Below, one piece after another: positions 1 through 12,387 of a stretch of 64,000 nucleotides of DNA. The position numbers and the translations under genes were made by a program. The notes beneath the pieces are model-generated. The model did no database searches, was not told the origin of the DNA, and saw only the letters and a list, made by a program, of their open reading frames with translations. Each line of letters opens with the position of its first letter. Positions within the stretch are counted from its first letter, which is position 1. Source of the DNA: Candidatus Oxydemutator sp. (GTDB taxonomy: Bacteria; Pseudomonadota; Gammaproteobacteria; Poriferisulfidales; Oxydemutatoraceae); contig OZ241883.1 in the NCBI GenBank assembly GCA_965203445.1, forward strand, positions 2,144,001-2,208,000, read 5' to 3'.

Positions 1-1324
1 CGACGGCGCGCGACGGCACTGGCTGCGGCTTGCCGTGCCTGAGCCGCAGCAGTTCGGCGGCGCGCCTGGCGGCGGCGCGCCCGAACACGATCAGATCGAG
101 CAGCGAATTGGAGCCCAGGCGGTTGGCGCCGTGCACCGACACGCACGCGGCCTCGCCGATCGCCATCAAGCCGGGAACGACGTCGTCGGGGTTGCCGTTC
201 GTGAGTTTGACGACTTCGCCCTGGTAGTCGGTCGGAATCCCGCCCATGTTGTAATGCACCGTCGGCAGCACCGGGATCGGTTCCCTGGTGACGTCGACGC
301 CGGCGAAAATCCGCGCCGACTCGGCGATGCCGGGCAGACGCTTGTCTATGACCTCGGCCCCCAGGTGCTCCAGGTGCAGGTGGATGTGGTCGTGCCGCGC
401 GCCGATGCCGCGCCCCTCGTTGATCTCTATCGTCATCGAGCGGCTGACGACGTCGCGCGACGCCAGGTCCTTGGCGTTCGGCGCGTAGCGTTCCATGAAG
501 CGCTCGCCGGCGGCGTTGGTCAGGTAACCGCCCTCGCCGCGCGCGCCCTCGGTGATCAGACAGCCGGCGCCGTAGATGCCGGTCGGATGAAACTGCACGA
601 ACTCCAGATCTTGCAGCGGCAGGCCGGCGCGCAGCACCATGCCGTTGCCGTCGCCGGTGCAGGTGTGGGCCGAGGTGCACGAGAAATACGCGCGCCCGTA
701 ACCGCCGGTCGCGAGCAGCACGATATGCGCGCGGAACAGGTGCAGCTTGCCGCTCGCCAGGTCCCACGCGGTGACGCCGACACACGCGCCGTCGTCGTTC
801 ATCACCAGGTCGAGGCCGAAATATTCGATGAAAAAATCGGCGTCGTGCTTCAGCGACTGTTGATAGAGCGTGTGCAGGATGGCGTGGCCGGTGCGGTCGG
901 CGGCGGCGCAGGTGCGCTGCGCGATACCCTTGCCTTTGTGCGTCGTCATGCCGCCGAACGGGCGCTGGTAAATGCGCCCGTCTTTGGTGCGCGAGAACGG
1001 CACGCCGTAGTGTTCGAGCTCGATGATGGACGCCGCCGCCTCCTTGCACATGTACTCTATCGCGTCCTGGTCGCCCAGCCAGTCCGAGCCTTTCACCGTG
1101 TCGTACATGTGCCAGCGCCAGTCGTCCTCGCCCATGTTGCCGAGCGCCGCGCTGATCCCGCCCTGCGCCGCCACCGTGTGGCTGCGCGTCGGAAAGACTT
1201 TGGTGATACAGGCCGTCTTCAGGCCCTCCTGCGCCATGCCGAAAGTCGCGCGCAAGCCGGCGCCGCCGGCGCCGACGACGACGACGTCATAGACGTGCTC
1301 CTCGAGATCGTACGCCTTGGCCAT
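1..1324 (-). CDS. sdhA: Succinate dehydrogenase flavoprotein subunit (3' end runs off the window)
   Basis: Manual translation from ATG at 1324 gives [27 protein letters not shown]...[16 protein letters not shown] (FAD-binding and covalent His motifs). Follows sdhC/sdhD. Missing from the ORF track because it has no stop in the window. Confidence 0.96.
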   Translation of the reverse strand, partial: MAKAYDLEEHVYDVVVVGAGGAGLRATFGMAQEGLKTACITKVFPTRSHTVAAQGGISAALGNMGEDDWRWHMYDTVKGSDWLGDQDAIEYMCKEAAASIIELEHYGVPFSRTKDGRIYQRPFGGMTTHKGKGIAQRTCAAADRTGHAILHTLYQQSLKHDADFFIEYFGLDLVMNDDGACVGVTAWDLASGKLHLFRAHIVLLATGGYGRAYFSCTSAHTCTGDGNGMVLRAGLPLQDLEFVQFHPTGIYGAGCLITEGARGEGGYLTNAAGERFMERYAPNAKDLASRDVVSRSMTIEINEGRGIGARHDHIHLHLEHLGAEVIDKRLPGIAESARIFAGVDVTREPIPVLPTVHYNMGGIPTDYQGEVVKLTNGNPDDVVPGLMAIGEAACVSVHGANRLGSNSLLDLIVFGRAAARRAAELLRLRHGKPQPVPSRAV

Positions 1325-1336
1325 GCTGCGGCGCGG

Positions 1337-1714
1337 CTATCCGAAAGCAATGCCGACGAGCGCGGCGAGCGCGGCGACGGCGAGCAGTAGCACGACGAAA
1401 TCCACCAGCACGATGGCCGCGACCTTGAGCCATCCGGCGTGGACGTAATCCTCGACGATCACGCGCAGGCCCAGTTCCATGTGCCACAAGACGACGAGCG
1501 CCAGGGTCATCGCCAAAACCGCGACCAGCGGATTCTGCAACCACGCAACCAGGGCGGCGTGGCCGAGGTCGGGCAACATCGCGACGGAAAAGGCGCCCCA
1601 CGGCACCAGCGGCACCAGAAACGCCGACGTCAGGCGCTGCCTCCACCAATGACCGGCGCCGTCCTTGGCCGAACCCAGGCCGCGCGCCCGCGACAGCGGC
1701 GTGCGCAGACTCAC
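1337..1714 (-). CDS. sdhD: Succinate dehydrogenase hydrophobic anchor subunit
   Basis: C-terminal part of ORF 1337..2176: (V)SLRTPLSRARGLGSAKDGAGHWWRQRLT...HMELGLRVIVEDYVH. GTG start overlaps the sdhC TGA (GTGA). Confidence 0.93.
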   Translation of the reverse strand: MSLRTPLSRARGLGSAKDGAGHWWRQRLTSAFLVPLVPWGAFSVAMLPDLGHAALVAWLQNPLVAVLAMTLALVVLWHMELGLRVIVEDYVHAGWLKVAAIVLVDFVVLLLAVAALAALVGIAFG

Positions 1715-2112
1715 GCCGCCGTCCCCCGCGCCCACAACGCGCCCCCCCAGGTCAACGCGGTCAGCGCCAGCGTCGCGGCAAGCACCCACAACGAGGTGCG
1801 ATAGGCGGTGACCACGCCGAAACCCAGGCCGGCGTCCCAGAACAGGTGACGGACGCCGTTGCACAGATGGAAATACAAGGCTGCGGTCCACAGAACCAGC
1901 AAAGTCTGCCCCCACCACGCGGACAACAGACCGCGCACGTGCTCGTAGAGCGCAGCGTCGGTGGCGGCGGCCACCAGGATACCGGTCAGCGGCACCGCGC
2001 CGAGCGCCAGGACGACGCCGGTGAGACGGTGCGCGATGGACAGCAGCGCCGTCAACGGCAAGCGGTACACCTGCAAGTGCGGCGACAGCGGTGGCGGATC
2101 GAGTCGGGACAT
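1711..2112 (-). CDS. sdhC: Succinate dehydrogenase cytochrome b556 subunit
   Basis: PLSPHLQVYR...SIAHRLTG...HLCNGVRHLFWD motifs; ATG at 2112. Confidence 0.94.
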   Translation of the reverse strand: MSRLDPPPLSPHLQVYRLPLTALLSIAHRLTGVVLALGAVPLTGILVAAATDAALYEHVRGLLSAWWGQTLLVLWTAALYFHLCNGVRHLFWDAGLGFGVVTAYRTSLWVLAATLALTALTWGGALWARGTAA

Positions 2113-2359
2113 AGAAAGATATTGTACGGGACGCCGGGGTTGCGCCCGCGGCAAATGCAGCCTGAGGCCTTGGCACGCCGTCGGTTACCGCCCCTCACCG
2201 CAAGCCATTCTACCCAGCCACGGTGCGATAGACAACCGCGTGTATCGGACCACCACGTTCTCGACAAACGGGGAAACCGCCGCGCGACCGCCTCGCGTGC
2301 GGCCCCGCTCCGACCGAAGCAGGGAAAGACTCATCTGCGGTATAGTACGGAAGTGGCCG

Positions 2360-2436
2360 GCCCCGGTGGCACAACTGGATAGCGCGTCCCCCTCCTAAGG
2401 GGAAGGTTGCAGGTTCGAACCCTGCCCGGGGCGCCA
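2360..2436 (+). tRNA. tRNA-Arg(CCT)
   Basis: GCCCCGG acceptor stem, anticodon arm TCCCC-CTCCTAA-GGGGA, GGTTCGAAC T-loop, encoded CCA; TATAGT -10-like box at 2341. Confidence 0.95.
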
Positions 2437-2437
2437 C

Positions 2438-3280
2438 TCACGCGGCTTGCAGCGACCGTTTTTGCGCCCGCCGCCGCAGCAGTTCGGCCGCGCCTATCAG
2501 CAACACCGAGAACAAAATCAGCAGCGTGGCCACGGCCAGAATGGTCGGGCTGATTTGTTCGTTCAAGCCGGCCCACATCTGGCGCGGAATCGTGCGCTGC
2601 TCGAAACCGGCGAGAAGCAGCACGACGACGACCTCGTCGAATGACGTCGCGAACGCGAACAAGCCGCCGGCGAAGATGCCCGGCGCGATCTGCGGCGCGG
2701 TCACGCGGAAAAAAGCGCGCAGCGGCGGCGCGCCCAGGCTCACCGCCGCGCGCGGCAGCGCCGGGTCGAGGCGCGCCAGGGCCGCGCTCACCGTGATTAC
2801 GACGAACGGCGAACCGAGCACCGTGTGCGCCAGCACCAGGCCGGTCAGCGTCTGGCCCAGGCGCACCGACGAGTAGAAGAAGAACATGCCGACCGCGGAA
2901 ATGATGATCGGCACGACGATCGGCGAGATCAGGATGCTCATGATCAAGGTCTTGCCGGGAAAGCGCGGCCGGTCGAGACCGACCGCGGCCGCGGTGCCGA
3001 GCGTCACCGACAGCAGCGTCGCAAAAAAACCGACGATTATGCTGTTTTTCATCGCCAGCAGCCACTGCGGGTTGTCGGCGATGTCGCGATACCAGCGCAG
3101 CGAAAACGCCTCCGGCTGTAACGTCAACATTTCGCGCGTGAACGTGAAATACGGTTCGGCGTTGAACGACAACGGCACGATCACGATCAGCGGCAGCGTC
3201 AGAAACGCGAACACCAGGCCGCAGATCGCGCGAAACAGACAACGACCGGCGCGCGGGCCGGTGCGCGCGGCGGCGATCAC
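2438..3280 (-). CDS. Polyamine-type ABC transporter permease (PotC-like)
   Basis: PLIVIVPLSFN...AAVSLGAPPLRAFFRVTAP...FATSFDEVV; GTG start overlaps the upstream permease TGA. Confidence 0.88.
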   Translation of the reverse strand: MIAAARTGPRAGRCLFRAICGLVFAFLTLPLIVIVPLSFNAEPYFTFTREMLTLQPEAFSLRWYRDIADNPQWLLAMKNSIIVGFFATLLSVTLGTAAAVGLDRPRFPGKTLIMSILISPIVVPIIISAVGMFFFYSSVRLGQTLTGLVLAHTVLGSPFVVITVSAALARLDPALPRAAVSLGAPPLRAFFRVTAPQIAPGIFAGGLFAFATSFDEVVVVLLLAGFEQRTIPRQMWAGLNEQISPTILAVATLLILFSVLLIGAAELLRRRAQKRSLQAA

Positions 3281-4608
3281 GCCATCCTCATCTTGTCTAT
3301 GCCGACCAGCTTGTGGTAGCACCAGTAGATCAGCAGCACCATCGCCAGCAGGATCGCACCCAGCGCCGACGCCAAACCCCAGTTCAGCGAAGTCTGGACG
3401 TGGTAGGTGATGAAATTGCTGATCAACTGGCCGCTCTGGCCGCCGACCAGCGCCGGCGTCACGAAATAACCGACCGCCAACATGAACACCAGCAGGCAAC
3501 CGGCGCCGATGCCGGGCAAGGCCTGCGGTAGATAGACGCGCGCGAACGAGGTCAACGGCGTCGCCCCCAGCGATACCGCGACCCGCGTCAGCGAGCGCGG
3601 AATCCTTCGCATCACGCTGTACAGCGGCAGCACCATGAACGGCAGCAGCACGTAGGTCATCGCAACGACGGTGCCGATCTGGTTGAATACCAGCTGCGGG
3701 CGCGCGTCGTCGGCGACGACGCCCAACCACACCAGGACGTCGTTGATCACGCCGTTCGACTGCAACAGTACGATCCAGCTCGTGGTCCTGACCAGCAACG
3801 AAGTCCAGAACGGCAACAACACCATGATCATCAGCCAGTTGCTCAGACGCGCCGGCAAACCCGCCATCAGGTACGAGATCGGAAAACCCAGCAACAGGCA
3901 CAACGCCGTGACCGCGGCGCTGATCCACAACGTGCGCAGGAAAATTTTGACGTAGATGCGCTTATCCTCGGGCTGGCGCGCGACGTCGCCGGCGGCGTCG
4001 TAGCGCAGGTCGAGCGCCGCCAGATAATTGGCCGCGGTATATTTGCCGGAGGCGGCCTTCATCGCCGCCCACGTCTCGTTGTCCGCCCAGCGCCGGTCGA
4101 GCGTCGCCAGCCACGCGGTGCACGGCGCGCGCACGGCGCGCTCAAGACGCCGTGCGGTTCTGCTAAGCAGGCTGCGCATACCGCTCAACTTGTGGTTGAG
4201 ATGATTGGCGACGCGTCCGGCGGTGCGCTCGGCGCGCGCCGTGCGCAGCTCCGCAACGAAGGCCGCGCACAGGTCCTCGCCGGGCAGCCCGGCACCATCC
4301 CAAAGCGCGAGCGCCGCCGCGGTGCGCGGCATGTAGGTTCGCAGCGTCGAGTCATCCACGCTGCGGAACAGAACGTCGCCGATCGGCAGAACGTAGGTGA
4401 TGACCAGGAAAAGCAGCAGCGGCGCGACCAGCAGCATGGCACGCACGCGGTGGACGCCGGCGGCGACGCCGCGCACAAGGTGTTGGCGACGATCGGCGGT
4501 GCTCCGTTCGGGTTCGGTCAGCCCGACGGCGTGCGCCGCCGCGTACGCGGCCTCGAATTCGACCGCGCGTCGCAGGTCGGCTTGCGGCGGCTTAGTCGCT
4601 TTGTCCAC
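3277..4608 (-). CDS. Polyamine-type ABC transporter permease (PotB-like, long periplasmic insert)
   Basis: LLPFWTSLLVRT...LPFMVLPLYSVM...GYFVTPALVGG motifs; exact start uncertain. Confidence 0.88.
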   Translation of the reverse strand: MDKATKPPQADLRRAVEFEAAYAAAHAVGLTEPERSTADRRQHLVRGVAAGVHRVRAMLLVAPLLLFLVITYVLPIGDVLFRSVDDSTLRTYMPRTAAALALWDGAGLPGEDLCAAFVAELRTARAERTAGRVANHLNHKLSGMRSLLSRTARRLERAVRAPCTAWLATLDRRWADNETWAAMKAASGKYTAANYLAALDLRYDAAGDVARQPEDKRIYVKIFLRTLWISAAVTALCLLLGFPISYLMAGLPARLSNWLMIMVLLPFWTSLLVRTTSWIVLLQSNGVINDVLVWLGVVADDARPQLVFNQIGTVVAMTYVLLPFMVLPLYSVMRRIPRSLTRVAVSLGATPLTSFARVYLPQALPGIGAGCLLVFMLAVGYFVTPALVGGQSGQLISNFITYHVQTSLNWGLASALGAILLAMVLLIYWCYHKLVGIDKMRMA

Positions 4609-4638
4609 GGCGGCGCGGCGCGATCCGCGCGCGGCGCG

Positions 4639-5829
4639 CTAACGCGCGAGCCACGTGGCGAGGCGCTCGGTCATCTCATCCTCATAGTCGGCCCACCACT
4701 CGTAGTCGCTTTCGAGCACGTTCTTGAAATGCTCCGGCGTGGTCGGCATGTGCGGTTTCATGTCCGCGCCGGTCTCGGCGTGGGTCGAAAGCCTCTTCAT
4801 CGAGGAGTGGCGCGCCGGACCATAAGAGATATAGCGCGCCTGGTCGGCCAGGCGCTTGGAGTCGCTTGCGAATTTGACGTAGGCGAGCGCCTGCTCGTAG
4901 CGCGGCGTGCCTTTGACGATGGCGTACAGGTTCTTGTACCAGACCTGCTTGTCCCAAACGATGACGAAGGGCTTTTGCTCCTTGTTCCACGCGTTGAAGA
5001 TGCGCCCGTTGTACGCGGTCACCATCGCCGCCTCGCCGTTGGCCAGCATCTGCACCGGCTGCGAACCGGCTTCCCACCAGATGGTATGCTCCTTGATGGT
5101 GTCGAGCTTGGCAAACGCCCGTCGCAGACCGGCGTCGGTGGACAGGGTGGAATAGACCTCGTCCACCGGCACGCCGTCGGCCATCAACGCGAATTCGAGC
5201 GTAGACCGCGGCGATTTTCTCAGCGCGCGCTTGCCGGGAAATTTCTTCAGATCGAAGAAGTCCTCCAGGCGCGAAGGCTTTTGATCGCGAAAACGGCTTT
5301 CGTCGTATGCAAAAATCGTGGACCAGACGATCAACGGCACGCCGCATTCGGAATATTGCATCTCCGCCAGGAAGTCCTCCTCGGCCGGGGTGCCGTCGGG
5401 CGCCGGCGGAAACGTCCCCAGGTCCACCGGCTCGAGCAGCCCCTCTTCGCAACCGCGCGTGACGCTCGCCAGCGACATGTCCACGACGTCCCAGGTAACG
5501 TTGCCCGACTGTACCTGCACCTGCACCTCGGCAAGTCCGCCGTTGTAGTCCTCGGCATTGACGCGCACGCCGGTCTCGGCCGTGTAAGGCTCGTGATAGG
5601 CCTTGATCTGGCTATACGAGTAGGCGCCGCCGAACGACACCACCGTCAGCGCGTCTTTCGCGGCCATCGCCGTCGGCGCCGCCAGCGCCGTCGCCAACGA
5701 GAATGGGATTGCGAGAGGGACGGCCGCGAGTCGGCGCCGCAACGCACGACGTGCCGTGCACGCGGCAATCCTCGCCGCGCCAACCAATCCTGATCGCGGG
5801 TCTGATTCCCACATTTCACCGGTCTCCAT
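4639..5829 (-). CDS. ABC transporter substrate-binding protein (PotD/PotF family)
   Basis: Signal-peptide-like N-terminus, then LTVVSFGGAY...WDVVD...DFFDLKKFPGKRALRK...AYNGRI; start uncertain. Confidence 0.87.
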   Translation of the reverse strand: METGEMWESDPRSGLVGAARIAACTARRALRRRLAAVPLAIPFSLATALAAPTAMAAKDALTVVSFGGAYSYSQIKAYHEPYTAETGVRVNAEDYNGGLAEVQVQVQSGNVTWDVVDMSLASVTRGCEEGLLEPVDLGTFPPAPDGTPAEEDFLAEMQYSECGVPLIVWSTIFAYDESRFRDQKPSRLEDFFDLKKFPGKRALRKSPRSTLEFALMADGVPVDEVYSTLSTDAGLRRAFAKLDTIKEHTIWWEAGSQPVQMLANGEAAMVTAYNGRIFNAWNKEQKPFVIVWDKQVWYKNLYAIVKGTPRYEQALAYVKFASDSKRLADQARYISYGPARHSSMKRLSTHAETGADMKPHMPTTPEHFKNVLESDYEWWADYEDEMTERLATWLAR

Positions 5830-5998
5830 CGTCAGGGCGCTTCCAGGACGTGCATTGCCGCGGCATTGTAGCAGCCGCCGTCGCAACTTATCAACGCCTT
5901 GTATGGGCCGCCGCATACCGGCCAAATGGAGGAACCGCGGCGCGACCGCCTCGCATGGGGTGACGTACGCCGATCGGACGCCGCTTTTTGTATCCCGT

Positions 5999-7086
5999 TC
6001 ACGCGCCGAAGACGCGGCAATCCTTCAGCTGCCAGCCCACCTCGACGGTCTGTCCGACTTGTACGTTCCATTTGTCCGCGCCATTGGGATATTTGGCGAA
6101 CAATTGCTCCATCCCGCCGAGAGTGACGACGGCGCGCACGCTGTCGCCGAGATACGACAACTCGCTGACGCACCCCTGCACGACGTTGACGCAATCGTCG
6201 CCAGGATGAAACGACACCCGCTCCGGACGCACCGCCAACGACACGCGCCCGGCGTCGGCGGCGAGGTCTATCGGCAGCCCCCGCAGGCGATTGCCGCCGT
6301 CGGTCTCGACTACGCAGCTGTCCCCGTGAAGGTGCAAAAGTTTCCCGGAAAGCAGATTGTTGTCGCCGATGAAAGCGGCGGTGAACGCGTTGGCCGGATG
6401 CTCGTAAATCGAGTCCGGCGAGGCTATCTGCTGAATCCTGCCGTCGTTGAACACCGCGACCCGGTTCGACAGCGCCAACGCCTCGCCCTGGTCGTGGGTA
6501 ACGTAGATCACGGTCAAGCCAAGCTTCTCGTGCAGGTTTTTGATCTCGTATTGCATGTGCTCGCGCAACTGTCTGTCGAGCGCCCCCAGCGGTTCGTCCA
6601 TCAGCACCAGCGTCGGCCGGAAGATCAACGCGCGCGCGAGCGCCACGCGCTGCTGCTGGCCGCCGGAAAGCCCGGCCGGATAGCGCCCGCCTAGCGCCGA
6701 CAAGTGCACCATGTCGAGCGCCTCGGCAACGCGTTTTTTTATCTCGGCCTTGTTCATGCCGCGCACTTGCAGCGGGAACGCCAGATTGGCGGCCACCGTC
6801 ATGTGCGGAAACAAGGCGTAGTTCTGAACACCAAGCCGATGCCGCGCTTATGCGGCGGAATATGGTTGACGCGCACGCCGCGAATCAGGATCTCGCCGTG
6901 CGTGACCTCCTCGAAACCGGCGAGCATCATCAGGCAGGTGGTCTTACCGGAACCCGACGGCCCCAGCAACGTCAGGAACTCGCCCTCGTACACCTCGAGG
7001 TCGAGGTCATCCACTACCCACGACTGTTTGTCGTAGCTCTTGGAAACTCCGCGAAAATGGACGCAGACTTCGGACACGTCAGGCAC
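5999..7086 (-). pseudogene. PotA-like ABC ATPase split by a 1-bp deletion near 6826 (pseudogene or sequencing error)
   Basis: ORF 6799..7086 carries Walker A GPSGSGKTT; ORF 5999..6814 carries [13 protein letters not shown] and a TOBE-like tail. The junction GTG TTC AGA ACT ACG becomes the conserved VFQNYALFPH if one C is added. Confidence 0.88.
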
Positions 7087-7282
7087 GCACGAAAGCGGCG
7101 CCGGAGCGGCGCCTGCGGCAGGCGCCCGACGACGTTGCCGTCGCGCTCGTACGCTTCGACGCCGCGCGCATCCGCGTTCAGTTGCCCACCGCCGCGCACG
7201 TGTTGCGCAAGCGGCGTTCGAGCGTCGTCACGCGCCCGTGCGGTTCGTGCCCCGGCATCGGCAGATCCTCGTCAAAAATTCA

Positions 7283-7690
7283 TCAGGCCAACAGACTGCA
7301 CGTCACCTTCCTGGTATGGGCCGAGGTGCGGTGCTCCCATAGATAAATGCCCTGCCACGTGCCGAGATCCAGCCTGCCGCCGCGCACCGGCACGTTCAAC
7401 TCGGTCTGCGTCAACACCGAGCGAACGTGCGCCGGCATGTCATCCGGCCCTTCGGCGACGTGCGCAAAGCGCGGATCGCCGTCCGCCACCAGCGCCCCCA
7501 GGAAGCGCTCCAGATCCTCGTGCACCGCCGGATCCGCGTTCTCGGTGATCACCAGCGAGGCGCTGGTGTGGTGGATGAACAAGTGGCACAAGCCTTCCGT
7601 GGCGCGCGGCAACAACGCCTGTATCTTGTCGGTCAGGTCGTAAAACCCCCTGCCCCGGGTGCGGCAGGATATGGCTTTCGAGAACAACAT
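7283..7690 (-). CDS. yjbQ: YjbQ/UPF0047 family protein (secondary thiamine-phosphate synthase)
   Basis: HTSASLVITENADPAV...EGPDDMPAH...LGTWQGIYLWEHR motifs. Confidence 0.92.
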   Translation of the reverse strand: MLFSKAISCRTRGRGFYDLTDKIQALLPRATEGLCHLFIHHTSASLVITENADPAVHEDLERFLGALVADGDPRFAHVAEGPDDMPAHVRSVLTQTELNVPVRGGRLDLGTWQGIYLWEHRTSAHTRKVTCSLLA

Positions 7691-7713
7691 CGGCCGGGCG
7701 GCTTGAAAACTTC

Positions 7714-7721
7714 ATTATAAT
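7714..7721. promoter_or_regulatory. Palindromic ATTATAAT, putative bidirectional -10 for yjbQ and ispG
   Basis: Reads TATAAT on both strands, within the 43-bp gap between divergent genes in GC-rich DNA. Confidence 0.55.
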
Positions 7722-7733
7722 GGCAAAAGCACG

Positions 7734-8975
7734 ATGACCGAAATTCCGATCCACGCGGCACAAAGCGGCGCGGCGCAAAGGCGCCGCTGCGTGGCCGTGC
7801 GCGTCGGCCGCGCGGGAATCGGCGGCGACCATCCGATCCGGGTGCAGTCCATGACCAACACCGACACCTCGAACGTCGCCGAGACCGCCGCCCAAATCGA
7901 GGAACTGGCCGCGGCCGGCTCGGAGCTGGTGCGCGTCACGGTCAACGACGAAGCGGCGGCGCGCGCGGTGCCCGCGATCGTCGAGCGCCTTGCGGCCAAG
8001 GGGATTAAGACACCCGTCGTCGGCGACTTCCACTTCAACGGCCACAAGCTGCTCACGCGCCACCCGGAGTGTGGCGAGCACCTGGACAAGCTGCGCGTCA
8101 ATCCCGGCAACGTCGGCCGCGGGACGCGCCGCGACCCCCAGTTCGCGCGGATCATCGAGTGCGCCTGTCGTTTCGACAAACCGGTGCGCATCGGCGTCAA
8201 CTGGGGCAGCCTGGACCAGGAGCTGCTGAAACAAAAACTAGACGACAACGCGGCGCTGACGCAACCGCTGACGCTCGCCGCGGTCACCCGCGACGCGCTG
8301 ATAGAGTCGGCGCTCGCGAGCGCGCGTCGCGCCGAGGAACTGGGCTTGGCGCACGACCGCATCGTGCTGTCGTGCAAGCTCAGCGACGTGCGCGAGTTGA
8401 TCACCGTCTATCGGCGGCTCGCCGGGCTGTGCGACTATCCGCTGCATCTGGGGCTGACCGAGGCCGGTATGGGCAGAAAAGGCGTCGTCGCCTCGAGCGC
8501 GGCGCTGGCGGTGCTCCTGCAACAAGGCATCGGCGACACGATTCGCGTGTCGCTGACGCCGGCGCCGGGCGAAAGCCGCACCGAGGAGGTCATGATCGCG
8601 CGCGAAATTCTGCAAAGCCTGGGGCTGCGCTCGTTCGCGCCGACGATCACCGCCTGCCCCGGCTGCGGGCGCACGACCAACGATTATTTCCGAAAACTCG
8701 CCGGCGACGTGCAGGACTACCTCGAGCGCAGAATGCCGGAATGGAAAGACAAACACCGCGGCGTCGAGAACATGAAGGTGGCGGTGATGGGCTGCGTCGT
8801 CAACGGCCCCGGCGAGAGCAAGCAGGCCAACGTAGGCATCAGCCTGCCCGGCACCGGCGAACACCCGAAGGCGCCGGTCTATATAGACGGAAGACGCAGC
8901 GTCACGCTGTCGGGCGAAAACCTGGCCCAAGACTTCCTGCGGCTGATAGAGGAATACGTCGCCGCCAACTACTGA
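7734..8975 (+). CDS. ispG: (E)-4-hydroxy-3-methylbut-2-enyl-diphosphate synthase
   Basis: [54 protein letters not shown]. Confidence 0.97.
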   Translation: MTEIPIHAAQSGAAQRRRCVAVRVGRAGIGGDHPIRVQSMTNTDTSNVAETAAQIEELAAAGSELVRVTVNDEAAARAVPAIVERLAAKGIKTPVVGDFHFNGHKLLTRHPECGEHLDKLRVNPGNVGRGTRRDPQFARIIECACRFDKPVRIGVNWGSLDQELLKQKLDDNAALTQPLTLAAVTRDALIESALASARRAEELGLAHDRIVLSCKLSDVRELITVYRRLAGLCDYPLHLGLTEAGMGRKGVVASSAALAVLLQQGIGDTIRVSLTPAPGESRTEEVMIAREILQSLGLRSFAPTITACPGCGRTTNDYFRKLAGDVQDYLERRMPEWKDKHRGVENMKVAVMGCVVNGPGESKQANVGISLPGTGEHPKAPVYIDGRRSVTLSGENLAQDFLRLIEEYVAANY

Positions 8976-9001
8976 CGCCCGACCCGGGCGGGCGCTCCCC
9001 A

Positions 9002-9763
9002 TTACGATGTCGACGCGCCGCCGGGCGCCGGCGACAAGCCACCGTACCAATACTGAAGCAGGCCGACGCCGACGGTCACCGCGGTCTCGACGCGCAGCGT
9101 GCGCGGCCCCAGTGCGACCGCTTGAAAGCCGGCCTCTTGCACCAGGCGGATTTCCTCGTCGCGCAATCCCCCTTCCGAGCCGACCAGCAAATGTGCACGC
9201 TGCGGCGCCGGCGACGTCGCGGACGGCGGCGCCAGACCGGTGGCGGCGCCGGGGTGCAGCACAAAGGCCGGTTCGACGGCGCCGACGGGCGCCAATGCCG
9301 ACAGGGCGATCGGTGCGGCCAGCGTCGGCAATACCGCCCTGCCGCTTTGCTCGCACGCGGCGACGATCACGCCGCGCCAATGCGCGTGGCGTGACGCCGC
9401 GCGCATCGGCGCGGCGCGCGCGGTAACCAGCGGTTGGATGCTTGCGACCCCAAGCTCGGTGGCTTTTTGGATCGCAAAGCCCATGTGCTCGGCCTTGCAC
9501 AAGGCGAGATAGAGACAAATGGACGATGCCGGTTCGGGCGGCGCTTCGATCTCGCGCTCGCACAGCACCGCGGGCGCGCGGCGCGGCGCCGCTTGCAGAC
9601 GGCATAGAAACTCGCGACCCTCGTGGTTGAAAAAACGAACCCGGTCGCCGGCGCGCATCCGCAGCACGCGAAACAAATGGTGGCGGGCGCCTTCGGTGAG
9701 CGCAAACTCGGCGCCGGCGCAAAGGCGCCGTTCGATATAGACGCGCGGCACTTTTGCGGCCAT
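9002..9763 (-). CDS. rsmE: 16S rRNA m3U1498 methyltransferase
   Basis: HHLFRVLRM...IQKATELGV...AACEQSGR...VGSEGG...LGPRTLRVETA; ATG at 9763. Confidence 0.93.
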   Translation of the reverse strand: MAAKVPRVYIERRLCAGAEFALTEGARHHLFRVLRMRAGDRVRFFNHEGREFLCRLQAAPRRAPAVLCEREIEAPPEPASSICLYLALCKAEHMGFAIQKATELGVASIQPLVTARAAPMRAASRHAHWRGVIVAACEQSGRAVLPTLAAPIALSALAPVGAVEPAFVLHPGAATGLAPPSATSPAPQRAHLLVGSEGGLRDEEIRLVQEAGFQAVALGPRTLRVETAVTVGVGLLQYWYGGLSPAPGGASTS

Positions 9764-9789
9764 GCCCGTGGGCGCCGGGCGGACGGCGC

Positions 9790-11109
<1,320 letters not shown>

Positions 11110-11140
11110 GTCGTCTCCATCGTTGCGGGTATGAAAAACC

Positions 11141-12307
11141 TCAAAGCGCGTCACGCAGGTTCTCTGCCTCGTCGCAGTTCTCCCACGTGAAATCCTCATC
11201 GCGCCTGCCAAAATGCCCGAAGGCCGCGGTGCGCCGGTAAATCGGGCGCAGCAGCTCCAGCGAGTCTATGATGGCCGACGGACGCAAATCGAAGCGTCCG
11301 TTGATCAACTCGGCGATGCGCTCGCGCTCTATGGCCTCGCTGCCGAAGGTCTCGACGCCGACCGACGTCGGCTCGGCGACGCCGATGGCATAGGAGATCT
11401 GCACCTCGCAACGCCTCGCCAGGCCGGCCGCGACCACGTTCTTGGCGACGTGGCGCGCGGCGTAGGCCGCCGAGCGGTCGACCTTCGACGGATCCTTGCC
11501 GGAAAAAGCGCCGCCGCCGTGGCGCGCCATGCCGCCGTAGGTGTCGACAATGATCTTGCGCCCAGTCAGGCCGCAATCGCCGACCGGCCCGCCGGTGACG
11601 AAGGCCTTGGTGGGGTTGATAAGATAACGGGTCGCGCGCAACCGCCAGCGGGCCGGCAGCACCGGGGCGATGATCGTCTCGCGCACCGCCTCCTCGATTT
11701 CCTTCTGGGGAACGCCCTCGTCGTGCTGCGTCGAAAAAACCACCGTGTCTATACCGACGGGACGCCCATCCTCGTAGCGAAACGTCAACTGACTTTTCGC
11801 GTCCGGGCACAACCATGCGACGTGTCCGCTCTTGCGCACCTCCGAGTGGCGTTTGACCAGGCGATGCGCGTATTCTATCGGCGCCGGCATCAAGGCGTCG
11901 GTCTCGTCGGTGGCGTAGCCGAACATCAAACCCTGATCGCCGGCCCCCTGCTCCTCGGCGGACGCCGCGTCCACGGCTTGCGCGATGTCCGACGACTGCT
12001 CGCCCAAGAGCAACGTCACCTCGCAGCTATTCCCGTCGAAACCGAACCGCGGGTCGTCGTAGCCGACGTCGTTGACGACTTCGCGCACGATCGCTTCGTA
12101 ATCAACGTCGGCCGCGGTGCGCGTCTCGCCGGCTACGATCACGCGGTTGTCCTTGACCATGGTCTCGCACGCCACGCGCACGGCGCGGCGCGCTTCCTCG
12201 CTCGGTGCCGCGGCCAGGATCGCGTCCAGGATCGCGTCGGAGATCTGGTCGCAGATCTTGTCCGGGTGGCCCTCGGACACCGACTCTGAGGTAAAAAGTG
12301 TTTCCAT
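11141..12307 (-). CDS. metK: S-adenosylmethionine synthetase
   Basis: [29 protein letters not shown] motifs; TATAAT on the minus strand at 12326-12331. Confidence 0.97.
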   Translation of the reverse strand: METLFTSESVSEGHPDKICDQISDAILDAILAAAPSEEARRAVRVACETMVKDNRVIVAGETRTAADVDYEAIVREVVNDVGYDDPRFGFDGNSCEVTLLLGEQSSDIAQAVDAASAEEQGAGDQGLMFGYATDETDALMPAPIEYAHRLVKRHSEVRKSGHVAWLCPDAKSQLTFRYEDGRPVGIDTVVFSTQHDEGVPQKEIEEAVRETIIAPVLPARWRLRATRYLINPTKAFVTGGPVGDCGLTGRKIIVDTYGGMARHGGGAFSGKDPSKVDRSAAYAARHVAKNVVAAGLARRCEVQISYAIGVAEPTSVGVETFGSEAIERERIAELINGRFDLRPSAIIDSLELLRPIYRRTAAFGHFGRRDEDFTWENCDEAENLRDAL

Positions 12308-12387
12308 GACGGGGGAGTTTGTCCTATTATACCTTGAAAGCGTACGCCGACCAGCGTATGCTTGCGGGCAAAGAACGATCATTAGCG

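Noticed and set aside
35-1390. 451-aa plus-strand ORF, and many similar long antisense ORFs (e.g. 40554..42890, 16964..18772, 36363..38486)
   Set aside because: Shadow frames of real minus-strand genes, caused by high GC and codon bias; no recognisable motifs.
1337-2112. Alphaproteobacterial/mitochondrial-style SdhCD as recent horizontal transfer
   Set aside because: This type also occurs in several gammaproteobacterial lineages, and its composition matches the rest of the window.
11110-11140. SAH riboswitch upstream of ahcY
   Set aside because: Only ~31 nt separate metK and ahcY; there is no room and no motif.
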